A stretch of DNA of 64,000 bases from Camelus dromedarius (taxonomy: Eukaryota), in NCBI RefSeq assembly GCF_036321535.1, contig NC_087438.1, positions 2,234,001 to 2,298,000 of the forward strand, in the 5' to 3' direction. A program made the translations under genes and the position numbers. Of the stretch, positions 23,711 through 36,778 are shown in pieces. Position 1 is the first letter of the stretch. Every line of letters starts with the position of its first letter. Under the pieces are notes generated by a model, which saw only the letters and a program-made list of their open reading frames with translations, did no database searches and was not told where the DNA came from.

Positions 23711-25440
23711 CTTTGCGCTTGACTTTACATTCAGATATCAAAATTTCTGAATTGCTCCAGCTACTCAATCCTCTTCTGCTGTTGCTTCAAGAAAGTCCTT
23801 TCTGCAGAAAACGTGAGCCCCTTTGTGAGGCTCCGGCTGACTACAGAGGGACCCCAGGTCCAAAATGTGACAGCCAGCACCAAGTTAGAGCATCTGGAAC
23901 AAGGGCCTCACGATCTGTGCCCACTTCTTCGTGTTCAAACAGATTTCATCAGGGCACCGAATCCAGGGATACGTAAGAGCACACAGGTGAAGGCGTCATG
24001 CAAATGACGGCTGCTGCGCATTAAACAGACTGAAATGTGAGCGGTGACTGCGCGAACATGTAAGTGTCCAGCTACCCAGCAGTTACCCGATGATCGGCAC
24101 GTTAGGAGTTCCACGGGAGAGCCTTCCTGTCCTCGGCGTGCTCATGTGAGGCTCCGTGCCAGGCTCCTCCCCTGGCCCCAGCACAGCTGGGAATGACTGT
24201 GACCACACATGTTCTTTTGCTGGAGGCCACATGGTCGGGGGGGAGACCACACGGCGAGGGGGAGACCACACTGACCAATGTCAAGGGCACGGCCACTCAG
24301 GCCAGTTATTACGAGGGTCCAGCAGGCTTTCCTGGCTCAGGTCCCTGAGAGCATCGCCCATGAACCGTAGCAGGTGCAGGAAGGGGGACACGTGACCGTG
24401 CACGACTTGCCAAGGCAATGCTAGGTTGTGTTGAGTTTGCGACTGTTCAGGAAACATACAAGTAGCTAATAAACGTGGGACGGGTTTCATCACATGGGCT
24501 CATTTTGGTCATGCTTTGACAGTTTGGTTGAGATAGGACTTACCTAGAAAATGCTATATACACGGAGCTCCCCTTTCCCTGACTGAGTGAGCGGGGTGTT
24601 ACCATAGTTAGTGATGCCAGGCAGCCCTCCCTGGCTGCCCTGGGAGGGAGCTTATGGTTCACAGAAGAGCAGATCAAGCTGAGTCACTAACCATGGGCAA
24701 GATGAGCGCCCAGTGGTCCCTCAGCAAATGAACCTGGATGGGCGAGACGGGGAGTGGTGCTCTGTCCTTGTCCGCCCTCCTCCTCCTCCTCTGGTCACTG
24801 TTCCCAGAGCCTTTCTGCAGGCAGAGCAGCCCACCCCAACCCCCTACTGCAGAGCATCCTGGGCAGGTGCCTGATTTCAAAGTCCTCGCTAGTTGCAGAA
24901 AGAAAGAGGAGACGATTGATGAGATGGGAAATGCAGGCAGATCATTAAGGACCCCATTCTGTCCGCGCGGCCGCATTCATGGCTTGGAGAGTTGTCATGA
25001 GCCTTTCAGTTTTCAATATTAAGGCAAAACTCTAAAAACAAAAGTAAAGTAAAAGTAGGAGGAAACAGAAGAACCGAGGTCCTTCTGAAATAATCACCAG
25101 GCAGGAAGAACCATGGAGGGAGCTGCAGGAACCCCAGACGAAAGCCAGGGAAACCCAAGGCGCGCACACCATATCCTAAAGCCGAGGAGCCACCGATCAA
25201 CACGGCAGCACTCAGGATGCCGCTCTGTTAACTGTGCTCTGCTTGTCTCTGGAGTTTGCAGCGGCTTCTGTGTGCAAGTCATTGAATTCAGAAAATGGTT
25301 CAAGCTTACCGCCTGTATTTCACCCCCGCCTGGCCAAAATCTCCTCCCTTCTGTTTGTAAGTCATTAATGCACTCGGTCTCCCATTTCTAAGTGGTTGAA
25401 CGATTACCCGTGTCCCATCCTGGAAGGCAGTTATTAAGAC

Positions 25441-25520
25441 TAGGTTGAACCACTTGAAGTGGCCTACAGTTGGCCCTGTTTGACCCAGAGAATCTCACAG
25501 CTCCCCACGGTTCCCATGAA
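25441..25520. mobile_element. Degenerate MADE2-like mariner MITE
   Basis: About 80 bp starting taggttgaacca...gtttgaccc...ggttc, resembling the MADE2 consensus. Confidence 0.45.
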
Positions 25521-28375
25521 CACCTACTTGGACGCCTCCTTTAGTAAAGAAAGACACATCCTTGTCAAGGAGTCTGCATTTCTTATGAACAATATTCTTC
25601 TGCAAAAATCAGCCACTTCCAAGCCAAGGTGAGCGACCCAGATCTTGAGCCCCTTGTGACGCTGTGATAAAAGCATTTCTCCTGCGCAGTGTGCAAAAGC
25701 CGGTGGAACTGGGGGGACGAGAAGCCAGCGGGCGTCGGGAAGTGCGGGGCGTGTAGAAACGTGGCCTCGAATCAGCCGGGGGAGGACGACCTTCCTTCTG
25801 ACTGCTGCCTCCTGCTTTTTAATGTTCTCCGCAAACGGCTGTATCTTTCAGAGTCTCTCAAGGATTTTTAGATAAAAAGAGAGGTTTTATCTTTGCATGT
25901 CTATAAGCAGTGGAAAACTCCAGAGACCAAAACCTACAGGCAAGTCAAATAAACTAAATCCGATCAAGGTACTATCAATGCCAGAATTAGAAGGAAACCC
26001 AGGGAGAATATCAATAACAACGTTGAAACAGCAGGTATTGGGTGGAATCAATGGACGGAATAAACAGGGAAAATTAAGTCACAAAGTGTTGGTAGATAAA
26101 AGCTCCTCACTCATTAAAATTCTGTTTGTCTTTGTGTCTTTTTATCAATGTACCTATATATCTATGCAAGTGTATCAAAGTTTGTAATGTAAAAGAATGA
26201 TGAAATAATCTAATTAATTTCCGGTGTCATTCCACATATTTCTTTCAAGTTAGAACTGCAATATTAATAATGGTTTGCAGTTTAATAAAATATCTTTATG
26301 TCCTATTAACTCCTATATCAGCTTGTTATAAAAGCCACTTTCTATCAAATAGCTAAACTTCAAAAGAGTTTTGCTTTGATCAGGGGTAAAAAAAATCAGG
26401 TTCATTCCATTTGTACTGAATAACCTCACTCAGTTTTCTAGAAAGACAGTTGTCTGTAGCTGCTGTTTGCCCAGGAAAAAAATTCCAATGGGCAAAAATG
26501 GTAAAAAGACAGAATGTATCGGGGCAGCCAGGGAACACGGAAGCTCACTCTGACTTCAGTGGACGGGAGGGAAGTGCTTTCAGCGCGGAGAGTGTGGGGC
26601 TCCCCGGGGAGCTGGCCGGCTGGTGCCCACCAGGGCAGGGCAGGGCAGGTGCTGGATGCTGCCTGGCGGTTTCAGGAATGTGATTCAAATGACTCTGCTC
26701 CCCTTCTCCCACTGACTCGGACTTTGACATCATTTACACGGTTGACAAGGAACAACGATTGTTCTCTGCTGGCTGCCCTGGATAGTGAGGAGTGTCACCA
26801 CGCCTGCCCAGGAGGTGTGGTCACCCCTCTTGTGCCACATGGGTTCTCTTCGCCAGACACCTGCATCCCTGCCGTCTCTGCCCCGGCCAGTGCCCCCGTG
26901 CCGGTCCCAGGTTTGCAACACCTGGATTCTTCACTAAAGAGTGTGGCCCCGACCCCTGAAGTCAGTACTAAGGGTCTGGGGTTTCCTTCGCATTTTCTTT
27001 GCAGTCCAGCAGCTGAAACGGACATTAACCACTAACCAGGGCGTTTCATTTGGGCTTTATTTATTGGGTGTCTTTTCCCATAGGAGACTCCAGTTGCACC
27101 TGTCCTTCTGGGAATGAGCCCAAGGGGTCAGGGGTCCAAGGCGGGGTAGTATGCGGAGGGCCCACCCAGAGCTGCACAGCCATAGTGCCAGATGCCAGCC
27201 CTGTGGACAGTCTGGCTGGCAGCTCCGTCCAGGGGTAGAGCGCGAGCAGGCTGGGGTGCAGATCTGGTTTGGAGCCCCTTGGAAAGGGGAAGGCGTGTGT
27301 CCCGGACCTTCCATCCCCGCTCTTTCCAGCCTGGTGGCTGGTGCCCGGGAGAAGCCGGATCAGTGCTTGCTGAACGAGTGAATACGAGGTGTAAGCAGGG
27401 CTGTGCTGGGATGTCTGGACAGATGCCGCTGAACCCAGTGGTCCTTATTCCCAGCACGTAGGTGGGGTCCTGCGTGGTGAGCACGGAGATGGATCAGAAC
27501 TGCCGTTTTCAGCTGGGATGGGGGGAGGGGCTGCAGCCTCAGCTGGAATACCCTGTGCTGGGGGCCCCTCCCACCCCCAGGGATCTGGCGACCGCCTCGC
27601 AGCCCCGGGGAGAGCAGTGTGCCCTGGCGAGAGGGCACCAGGGAGGGCGGGCACCCCGGGGACACCCGTGGGCTCCCGTGCTTGAGGCACAAGCCCCGCT
27701 CGCCCTTCCTCCCTCTCCCCCCCGCCACGGGTGCAGGTCCCCGCCGGCCCGTACAGACAGCAAGGAGTTTAGGTCTCAGAGATGAGCGGTGACCACAGGT
27801 GATCACCCTGAGCCCCTGGGCAGGTGACCCGCAGCGTGTGGCCCTCACTGTAAACAGTCTGTTTCCAAGAAAAAGCTGATCGTGAGAATATCAGCCCCAA
27901 AACTCAATCTGGAGAAACCGGAGGGTTGAGAGCACTCATTGTGGGGGGAGAGGGGGCTGGAGAATTCTGAAGGGGGTCAGGGGCGTGTCCCTTTGTTTGC
28001 ATATAATTTTATAGTTTCATTCATGTTGAAGCTTAACTTCAGAATCCGTCGTTGGCACAGGATGCGCTGCGATCAGAACACCCTCACTGCAGGGCCTCCG
28101 GGTTTCAGGGCACGAGATCTGGGGGTTTTGGGTGGACCTCCCTCCAAAGTTCAGAGTCCCGGGCTGCCGGCCTCGCCCTCTCCCCACTGCAGCGCTGAAA
28201 CTTCCGGAAGCTTCCAGAGGCCGTGCCCGCCTGGCTTCTGGGTGGAGTACATCCCCAGTTCATGCAGATCCAGGCCATGTCTGGGTGTCTTTTTTACAAA
28301 CCTTAACTTTGTCCTGTAAACAGTATCAACAGCATTTTATCCAAGGTGACTCTTTCTGGACATTTTTTTCCCCTC

Positions 28376-28417
28376 GTTTTTGTTTTTGTTTTTGTTTTTG
28401 TTTTTGTTTTTGTTTTT
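28376..28417. repeat. (GTTTTT)n hexamer microsatellite
   Basis: About 7 perfect copies. Confidence 0.95.
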
Positions 28418-28681
28418 CCAGCCTTGACTTTGCTGTTGAAAAACCTCTAGCAGTTCGTCACAGTTCTTAAAGGTCATCTCCAAAGCTGAGGATGTGAGAG
28501 GTGACCCACAGAGCACAGGGTGAGAGTTAGAAATACGTGCACAGAGAACTTAAACTTCCTTCATACCACCATACGGTCAGCAGTTTGTCTGTGATCTAAG
28601 AACGATCTTACATATATTGGCTCGCTTTTTGCCACTCCCGGGTGAATACTTTAAAAAAGTGGAGTCACCATCCGTCTGTCA

Positions 28682-28883
28682 CAGTGGTCCTACATCCAGA
28701 GTGATTTGGGCCCCCAGAGCAAAGCACTGGGGGCATTTTGATTGTCACCACTGAGGGGGAGCTACTGGCATCCAGGGAACGGAATCCATCAATGCTGGGG
28801 ACTGTTCCACAGGGCGCGGGACAGCCTCCACACAGAGGGTTACAAAGGCCGCATGGAGATCGTGCTGAAGTTGAGAAACTCTT
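28682..28883 (+). mobile_element. MER20-like hAT-Charlie MITE
   Basis: 'cagtggtcct...gtgatttggccccccag...ttgtcaccactgagggggagctactggcatccag...ggacagcctccacac...gtgctgaagttgagaaactc'. Confidence 0.8.
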
Positions 28884-30768
28884 GTCACCAACGAAAATCC
28901 AAGAGCTCCAGCCCAGGGCAGGGGCGGGGCCCACGGGAGGCAGCATCCTCCCCGGAGGACCAGGAGGAGGCCCTGTCCTCCGGCAGCCCCGCGCCCTGGG
29001 CCCGCCCTGTCCCGCTTCAGGCTGGGAGGGCTGACTCCAGCCCACAGGGCTCCACAGGGTCTGCACCGAGCCTTCCGAATGCGGTCGGCCACGCACATGG
29101 CCCGTAGCCCCTTCCCTGGGAAAGGCGCCTGGCCTCCTCCGCGGGTTCAGTGGCTCGTGCGCGGCACGTGGGCCTTGCCGTCCTCAACTCCAGAAAAGGC
29201 GGTGCGTGAGCAGGGCGGTCCACAGCTGGCCCTGGAAGTGGGTCGTGTCAAAGTGCTTAGAAGCTGGAGGGGTCTCAAGTCACGTAGTCCGACCCCTCAT
29301 CTTACCGAAGCCCAGAGGGAGAAATTCATGGTTCTGGATCACGAATGCCGTCATCGCGACGCCAAGTGGAGTTCCCTCTGCTCCTCTTGCAGACATTCGT
29401 TGCGATTTTTAATGAGAACGGATGCAACACCCCTTCTGTGTCAGGCCCAGGGCTGTGTCTGTTCTCCAGCAAATTTCTGTCTTCTCGGAAAACACTCGTC
29501 TCGTGTCTGCTGCAGGACAGTTTCCTTGGGGAGACTAATGTTTGCTTCCTTGAACAGTGAGAAGACAACACGCTGACCCGTTTTCCCCTGGTGAAGCCAA
29601 AACACTTCATAAAACTGGTGGGGGGCGGGATTGGGTAACCCCGTATCGGACCGTCTCATTAGACTATTACAACTTCCCACGAGAAGCATTTCGTGTCTTT
29701 GGTCTCAGTACGTTCTGCCAGCGTCTTTCGAGTGTGAAGACGGCGCTCCGGAGCTGCCATCCGCACCAGCCCTCCGCCCCCCGCCGCCGCCGCCCCGGCC
29801 CGCAGGTCTGCGCCACCTGCATCCGGATCAGTCTGACCATGCAGCGGGCTGAGCTCAGTGCCAAGGAAAACTGAACCGGCTGGGGTGCCGCCCATCGGAG
29901 TCCAATTCGGCATGTGACGAAAATTAACTAAAGGCAGCTCCTTCAAAAAGAAAACAGTGACAAAGGGTTTCAAAACACAGGTTTCCCAACCCAGGAAAGA
30001 TTAAGTGAAACGGAGCCCTTGTTCCTGAAGCCCGACCTTTCGCGCGAGGCTGTGATGGCAGAGCTCGGCTCCTGGCTGGGGCCAGGCACCGACAGTCCGT
30101 CACGCTGCTCGGGGGGGCACATCCACGTGGTGCAGGCTGTGGGCGCGCCTCCCAGGAGCACCGGGAACCTCTGTGCCGACGGACCGGTGCCTTTCCCAGT
30201 GGCTTCTTGGTCACGTTCAGGAACGTTCATGGGCTGAGAAGATCTGAAGGCACCGCCGTCTCCCTCTTTTGATGGGACACTAAGGAAACAGGCACATCCA
30301 GGCCTGGGCACCCAGTGCAGCACGTGCGCAGATCTAACGAGGAAGGGCCGGCCACCCAGCTCCACGCTGACGTGACAGGGCAGCTGTCACAATGTCTCTG
30401 AAATGAATCTTTCTACAAAAAGAAACCTTATTTATGTATAGAATGCATTCTGCAACATACTTTACCCGCAGAGCTAAGGTAGAGGACATGATGAATTGTT
30501 TAAAACATGCAGAATACATATGTGTGTGCACATGTATCTCTTCTAACCCACAGGCAGAGTCCTCACTAAGTCTGAGCTGACAGGAAAACATCAGCCCAGT
30601 TCTCAGAGGCATCTCCTGGTGGGACCCCAGCAGGATGAGGGTGACCGGGAGGGGCACGTACCCCACAAGACGGCTGCGCCCTTGAGAAGCCCACGCTAGA
30701 GGCATTCCCTGCCCGCCAGCCTCTCACCGCTCAGCTTTGTCCTGCTCGTCTACTTGTGAGTGTGGGCT

Positions 30769-31245
30769 TGAGACAGAACAGGAAGGACAAACCTGACTGC
30801 GTGTTGGGTCTGTTTCTTTTGCTTTAGCCTCTGTGTTCCACTGCTTTTGCTACAAGTTCATCACTAAAAGGATGTTGCCTGTAAGCTTAAATTATGCATA
30901 ACGACTCATAATACGCTGCCTCCCAGGGAATGCGCATTAAGCTAAAATATCTTTGTTTAGCTCACAGGAAACCTCCTGACCAGGCCCCCCTGTGAAGGAA
31001 GAAATTAGCACATCCCTTCTGGAGGCTGATGGGAGACAGGAAATGTTTGACTTGACTCCCTCCCCTTTTAGTATAAAAGAAGACTGACTTCTAACCCAGG
31101 AAAGATGGTTCTTTAGGACACTAGTCCACCGTCTTCTTGGTCTGCTGGCTTCCCAAGTAAAGTCACTATTCCTTGCCCTGACAATTCAGCTCTTGATATG
31201 CTGGCGTGTCCTGCGGCCAGCAGCACAAGCATGGACTCAGCAACA
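30769..31245 (+). mobile_element. ERV1 solo LTR, MER41-like
   Basis: TG...CA ends, TATAAAA at ~31073 and a variant polyA signal (agtaaa) at ~31156. The R/U5 segment 'aagatggttctttaggacactagtccaccgtcttcttggtctgctggcttcccaagtaaagtcactattccttgccc...ggactcagcaaca' is characteristic of MER41-related LTRs. Confidence 0.75.
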
Positions 31246-32214
31246 GGGAGAGATGTGCCGAAGTTCTTTGAGGACCAAGGCTTCTGTGGGCCGCCTGGTA
31301 TGCTGGGCCTCTGCTCGCACACTCAGCCTGGCTTGCTGAGTTCCTGTTACAGGCTCGTTTGTCAGTGAGTCACCACCTTCTCCTAAATGCACGTCGCTGG
31401 TGCAGAACTGGCGCGAGGAGTTCAGAGAGGGAGAGTCCGGTGCCCGGCCCATCTCTGTAGCCGACTGCACAGAAAGCAGGTGTCCCAAGCCGGAGCCAGC
31501 GACGGGAGGTGCTGCCCTGGCCCGCCTCCTGCGGAGCACAGCCGGGGAGGCATTAGCTCCAGAGCCCCGGCGTGGACAGTGCTTCAGCACGGGAGTGGCA
31601 GGGCCTCTGAGAACTCACATGCTGGTCTCACGGAGCCTGAGTCAGCTTTGCTGCCAGCCCCGGGCCTCAGACCTCTGCTTCCGCTGGCACCGGCTCCGCC
31701 AGGGTTCACCTTATTATGGTGGCTGTGGCTGTCACCAGCACCATCATTGGGACCATCCCCGATTCTGCTCTGCTCAGCGCTCATGTCTGTCCTGAGAACT
31801 AGCCTCCAGGGGTCCCAGTGCCCATGTGGGTCAAGGCGTGAGTTTTGATGGCAAGTTGAGGCCAAGTGCCCTCAGCCCTTGGGCCAGTTTGTAGAGCAAT
31901 GAGGAAACCTCCCAGGGGTGTAGAGAGCATGCTGTCACCTCCCCTCTCCCAGGCGCTGGGTTTGACTGTTGGACAAGAAATGCATCGATAACATAGTGAG
32001 AAGCAAAAGAAAAACACAAAATAAAATTAGTGATTGGGTCGTCAGAGGTTTCCGAGCACGCTCAGAACAAAACGTCATCTAAGACAAGGAGGGCCCCAGG
32101 TCACCATCAGCTGCCTTCTCCCAACCTGGCCTCCTCTCTCCCTTAGAAAACCCACATACCTTTCTTAGCTCACACTGGGGAATTCTTTAAGTGACTATGG
32201 AAAATAAGTAACTG

Positions 32215-33348
32215 GTGGGCGGGAGGGGGAGTGAGCAGGGAAGGGTGGGCTGGGGGGGAGTCAGCAGGGAGGGGTGGGCCGGGGGGAGTGAGCAGGGAGG
32301 GGTGGGCTGGGGGGGAATCAGCAGGGAGGGGTGGGCTGGGGGGGAGTCAGCAGGGAGGGGTGGGCTGGGGGGGAATCAGCAGGGAGGGGTGGGCTGGGGG
32401 GGAATCAGCAGGGAGGGGTGGGCTGGGGGGGAGTCAGCAGGGAGGGGTGGGCCGGGGGGAGTGAGCAGGGAGGGGTGGGCCGGGGGGAGTCAGCAGGGAG
32501 GGGTGGGCTGGGGGGGAGTCAGCAGGGAGGGGTGGGCTGGGGGGGAGTCAGCAGGGAGGGGTGGGCTGGGGGGGAGTCAGCAGGGAGGGGTGGGCCGGGG
32601 GGAGTGAGCAGGGAGGGGTGGGCCGGGGGGAGTGAGCAGGGAGGGGTGGGCCGGGGGGAGTCAGCAGGGAGGGGTGGGCTGGGGGGGAGTGAGCAGGGAG
32701 GGGTGGGCTGGGGGGGAGTGAGCAGGGAGGGGTGGGCTGGGGGGGAGTGAGCAGGGAGGGGTGGGCTGGGGGGGAGTGAGCAGGGAGGGGTGGGCTGGGG
32801 GGGAATCAGCAGGGAGGGGTGGGCTGGGGGGGAGTCAGCAGGGAGGGGTGGGCCGGGGGGAGTGAGCAGGGAGGGGTGGGCTGGGGGGGAGTGAGCAGGG
32901 AGGGGTGGGCTGGGGGGGAGTGAGCAGGGAGGGGTGGGCTGGGGGGGAGTGAGCAGGGAGGGGTGGGCTGGGGGGGAATCAGCAGGGAGGGGTGGGCTGG
33001 GGGGGAATCAGCAGGGAGGGGTGGGCTGGGGGGGAGTCAGCAGGGAGGGGTGGGCCGGGGGGAGTGAGCAGGGAGGGGTGGGCCGGGGGGAGTGAGCAGG
33101 GAGGGGTGGGCTGGGGGGGAGTGAGCAGGGAGGGGTGGGCTGGGGGGGAGTGAGCAGGGAGGGGTGGGCCGGGGGGAGTGAGCAGGGAGGGGTGGGCCGG
33201 GGGGAGTGAGCAGGGAGGGGTGGGCCGGGGGGAATGAGCAGGGAGGGGTGGGCTGGGGGGGAGTGAGCAGGGAGGGGTGGGCTGGGGGGGAGTGAGCAGG
33301 GAGGGGTGGGCCGGGGGGAGTGAGCAGGGAGGGGTGGGCTGGGGGGGA
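32215..33348. repeat. G-rich minisatellite (VNTR), 28-29 bp unit, about 39 copies
   Basis: Unit G6-7 A(G/A)T(G/C)AGCAGGGAGGGGTGGGC(T/C), nearly homogeneous. Confidence 0.97.
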
Positions 33349-36300
33349 TCCTCAGCAGAGGAGCTGAGGAAAGGGGAAAGGGGCTTCCGTCTGCTTCTCT
33401 GCCCAGCAGCGTGGAAGCCCACATCAGACATACAGTGAGTATGTTTCACCTTTCGTCTCTCCCTGTGTTTAGGCGGGCGCCGTGGTAAGCGAGGACCAAG
33501 CCCCAGCCCACCCAGCCCTTCCTGCACTGTCTTTTGCTTCCAGATGCTTCCATCTCAGGACCCCCACCCCCGCCCTGGAACGTCTGCTCCACGAGCAAGA
33601 CCCCCGCTCCCCGAGTGAGCTCCTCGCTCCCCTCTCCCACCCACCTCAGACCCCGTGAGGGCTCAGATCTGCCCCCAAGCCCGAGGGTCCCCGTAGAGCC
33701 CTGCTGAGAGTCCTGTGGTGTGAGGCCAGGGGGGTTTCACATCACCCAGCCCGAGGCTCTTCTCCCCACTGAGTGAGACGGGGCCCAGACTTCCCAGTGA
33801 CTTGCCAACTTCCGGGATGACGCAGAGGCTGACCCGGGATCTCAGGGGCCTTGCTGACCCGTGACCCCGCAGGCTTCTCTCCCGCAGGCAGCATGCTGCC
33901 CTCCCCACGATGCCCGCCCATCTCTCTCGGGAACCAGCGCGCTGGCTACTGCCAGTCGGGCAGGACTCAGAGTAATGGACCAGTTTAACTGGACCCAAGA
34001 ATCAGATGTTGGAGCAGCTCACGGGCCCGTCAGTCTGGGCATGTGAGTACGTGGGGGCCCGTCTCACAGGGATCGGCTGGGGACAGCCTCCCTCTCATCA
34101 CCGACGGCTCCTCATGAGGTTAGGAGGTTAAGGGGCTGAGACGGTCCCCAGCGGCCCGGAGCACACACTTGGGCAGACATGCACAGGCTCCTCCTCCACC
34201 ACGCCACGACCCGAGGCTGCTACTCGGCCGGCAAGCCTCCCTCCTCCTGCACTGACCCCCCAGCCCCGTCATGGTGTCCCCGGCCTCCGCCTGGTCAGAC
34301 GTGGCACTGGGGGTGTCAGCTCTCGAGGCTGGTTCCTCCATCCTGCCTCAAACGGGGTGGCTGTCCCGCCTCAGCCCCGCTGCTTCTGCTCTTGAGGGAC
34401 GCCCACTGCTCCACTGCCACTCAGCCCCTTTGGGGTGGGCTCCACGGACAGAGTCCTGAGAGTCCCGGGGGGGGACTTGCCCAGTTCGACCAGAGCGGTC
34501 AGCCAGATCTGGCGCTGGCCACTGCGCCCAGCCTGTCGGAGGGCACGGGGCTGATGCCCCGACGGCCATGCCCTCGGTCCCCTCCAGGCCCACCTGCCCC
34601 CGGCCCACCTGCGCCACACTGCTGGCACCCACCCAGTCATGGGACCATCTCTGGCCTCTACTCAGAGACCAGCCCAGGGGGCTCGCAGCCACAGCAAGCG
34701 GGTCACGCCCAGCTCCCTGAACCCGCTGACCACCAAGACCACTGGAGTTGTCCCCAAGTGTTGTCCGGCTCCAAGGGAAACCTGCACTTCCCCAGAGAGA
34801 CACGCAGCCCCGAGCTGGGGGGAGCAGCAGGGCACTGGGGGGTAGGGGGAAAGACAGCCACTCCCTGGGCTGTCCAACCTGCTGCATGGGTCTGGGGGTG
34901 TCAGCACAGAGCTGGCAGCCACTGAGGCCTCTGTGGGCCCCTCAGGGAAGTCCAGCCTGGCCTGGCCCCTGCCGTGTCCAGTGCTCTTCCTGCCCTGAAG
35001 GCAGCCCTGTTTACTACGTCTTTGATCTTCCCCGGGGGATGGATGAGGCAGGAGATGCGGGGGGCCCAGCATAGACACCCCACATAACCCCAAGGCCCCT
35101 TTCCCTGCCCACCTCCTCCCCAACACACGATGCTTGGAGGGCAGGTCCGGGGCCCACTACACCCTGTGGCTAGTCGAGTGCCTGGCGCACAGTGGGGCTC
35201 AGTGAGCCCATTGCGGTGACCACGGAGAGTGGCCAGGAGGCGGGGAGGTGGCGCGGGAAAGACAGGCGAGCATCAGGTCTGCTGATAAACACCAATAAAC
35301 ATGCAAATGAGGAATCTGGAAACGCTGTCCTCACGTTCCCATTCAATTCCAGCAACCCAGGGGTAAATCTCGATAAATTACAGTGGAGTGTGGCTTGTAA
35401 GTAACATTTCTCTGCCATCCCTAAAGCGTGGCTGTGTCTTTGAGGCCCTAAACTGTTGCGGTAAATGAGTTCCTATAACCGTTTCGTGGTTAATGAAAAT
35501 AATGCTCAGAGCCGTGCTGGGAGCCGGGTGTGCTCCCGAGCTCATAGACGTGGCGGGCTGCGGCACGGAAGTGCGGGGCTGGGATTCGGTGGCGCCGCGC
35601 CCCTGGAAGCAGAGCCCATGGTGTCTGCAGGCGGTCAGAGAGGGCAGAGGTCCGTCACCTCCACCGCCTCTCCGCTCTGAACCCCCGGCTGCCCCGGGCA
35701 GAGCCACCGGGCCTCCTGTAACTCATTTCTTCAGTGTGGTCCCAGAGCTACGCTTCCCAGGTTCTGGGCCCTGCGCCACGGGCTCGGAATTCTAAAGCCC
35801 TCAGGACCCCACCCGTGCTCAGAGAGGACGGGTCCGCCGGCGCGAGGCTCGCCCGCACCCCAGCACAGGGAGGCTCAGGCGTGTGAAGGAGTGTGCTGGG
35901 CCCGAGAGGGGACAAGCCCCGCCCAGGGCGACGGGCAGAGAGGGAGGCTGAGGGTGCCAGTGGCCACTGGCCACTGACTACGGGGAACAACCTGGTGGGT
36001 TTGTGAGAACAAGGCACTCTTGGGTGACGGCCAGGCGCCCAGCAGGGACACGGGTCAGGCCTGAGAGCAGCCACATGGCAGGGGCGCCTGGGAGGAAAGC
36101 CCTTCTGCGTCCAGCTTGTGTCCGCTCAGACCGTCAGTTGTGGGGACGGGCTCCCACGAGAAGGGGCGCTGCCGCGCGGCCCGCTCCCCTCTGCGGACGT
36201 CCCCCATCGCTGCTGCTGAGACGGACGCGGCCTCGGCCGGTGCCGGCCCGGGGGCCAGAGGAGGGCTCCTGGAGCCCGCGCACTCGTTACCGGAAGCGCC

Positions 36301-36778
36301 TGTGAACTCAGCCTCTCTCTCTGCGTGGCTCCTTCAGAAACCACGGGAGCAAGGGCTGCTCGGAGCGCATTCCAGAAAAGTCCTGCAGAAACACGGGACA
36401 GTTCCATCCTAAGGACGCCTGTGGGCTGAAAGCCACAGCCTCGGGTTAGAGGCTTCAAGACCTCACCCGCAGCACGTCACTGTGGTGCATCACACAGGGA
36501 GAGGAACAGGTTTAGGTGGAAGCTAATTTCTTCTGATCTCTTCTAGGACGCAAGCACATACAAAATAAAACCCGACAGGTACACATCCCACACACACGCA
36601 CACAGGGCATGCTCACCCGACCTCTAGCTCACCTTTCCTTGTGAACAGGATACACATGTTCTAAATACAGTGCTAGCAACCTAACCTGCCAGTGCTTTAA
36701 GAATGCTGTATTGTGACCGGTAACTTTTACTGCATGGTTGCAAAAAGTGTCTGACCCTAGAGAGAAGGGTAAAAAAAC

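Noticed and set aside
32215..33527. Repetitive ORFs and a superficially CRISPR-like array
   Set aside because: These are translations of the minisatellite. The units are contiguous with no unique spacers, the context is eukaryotic, and there are no cas genes.
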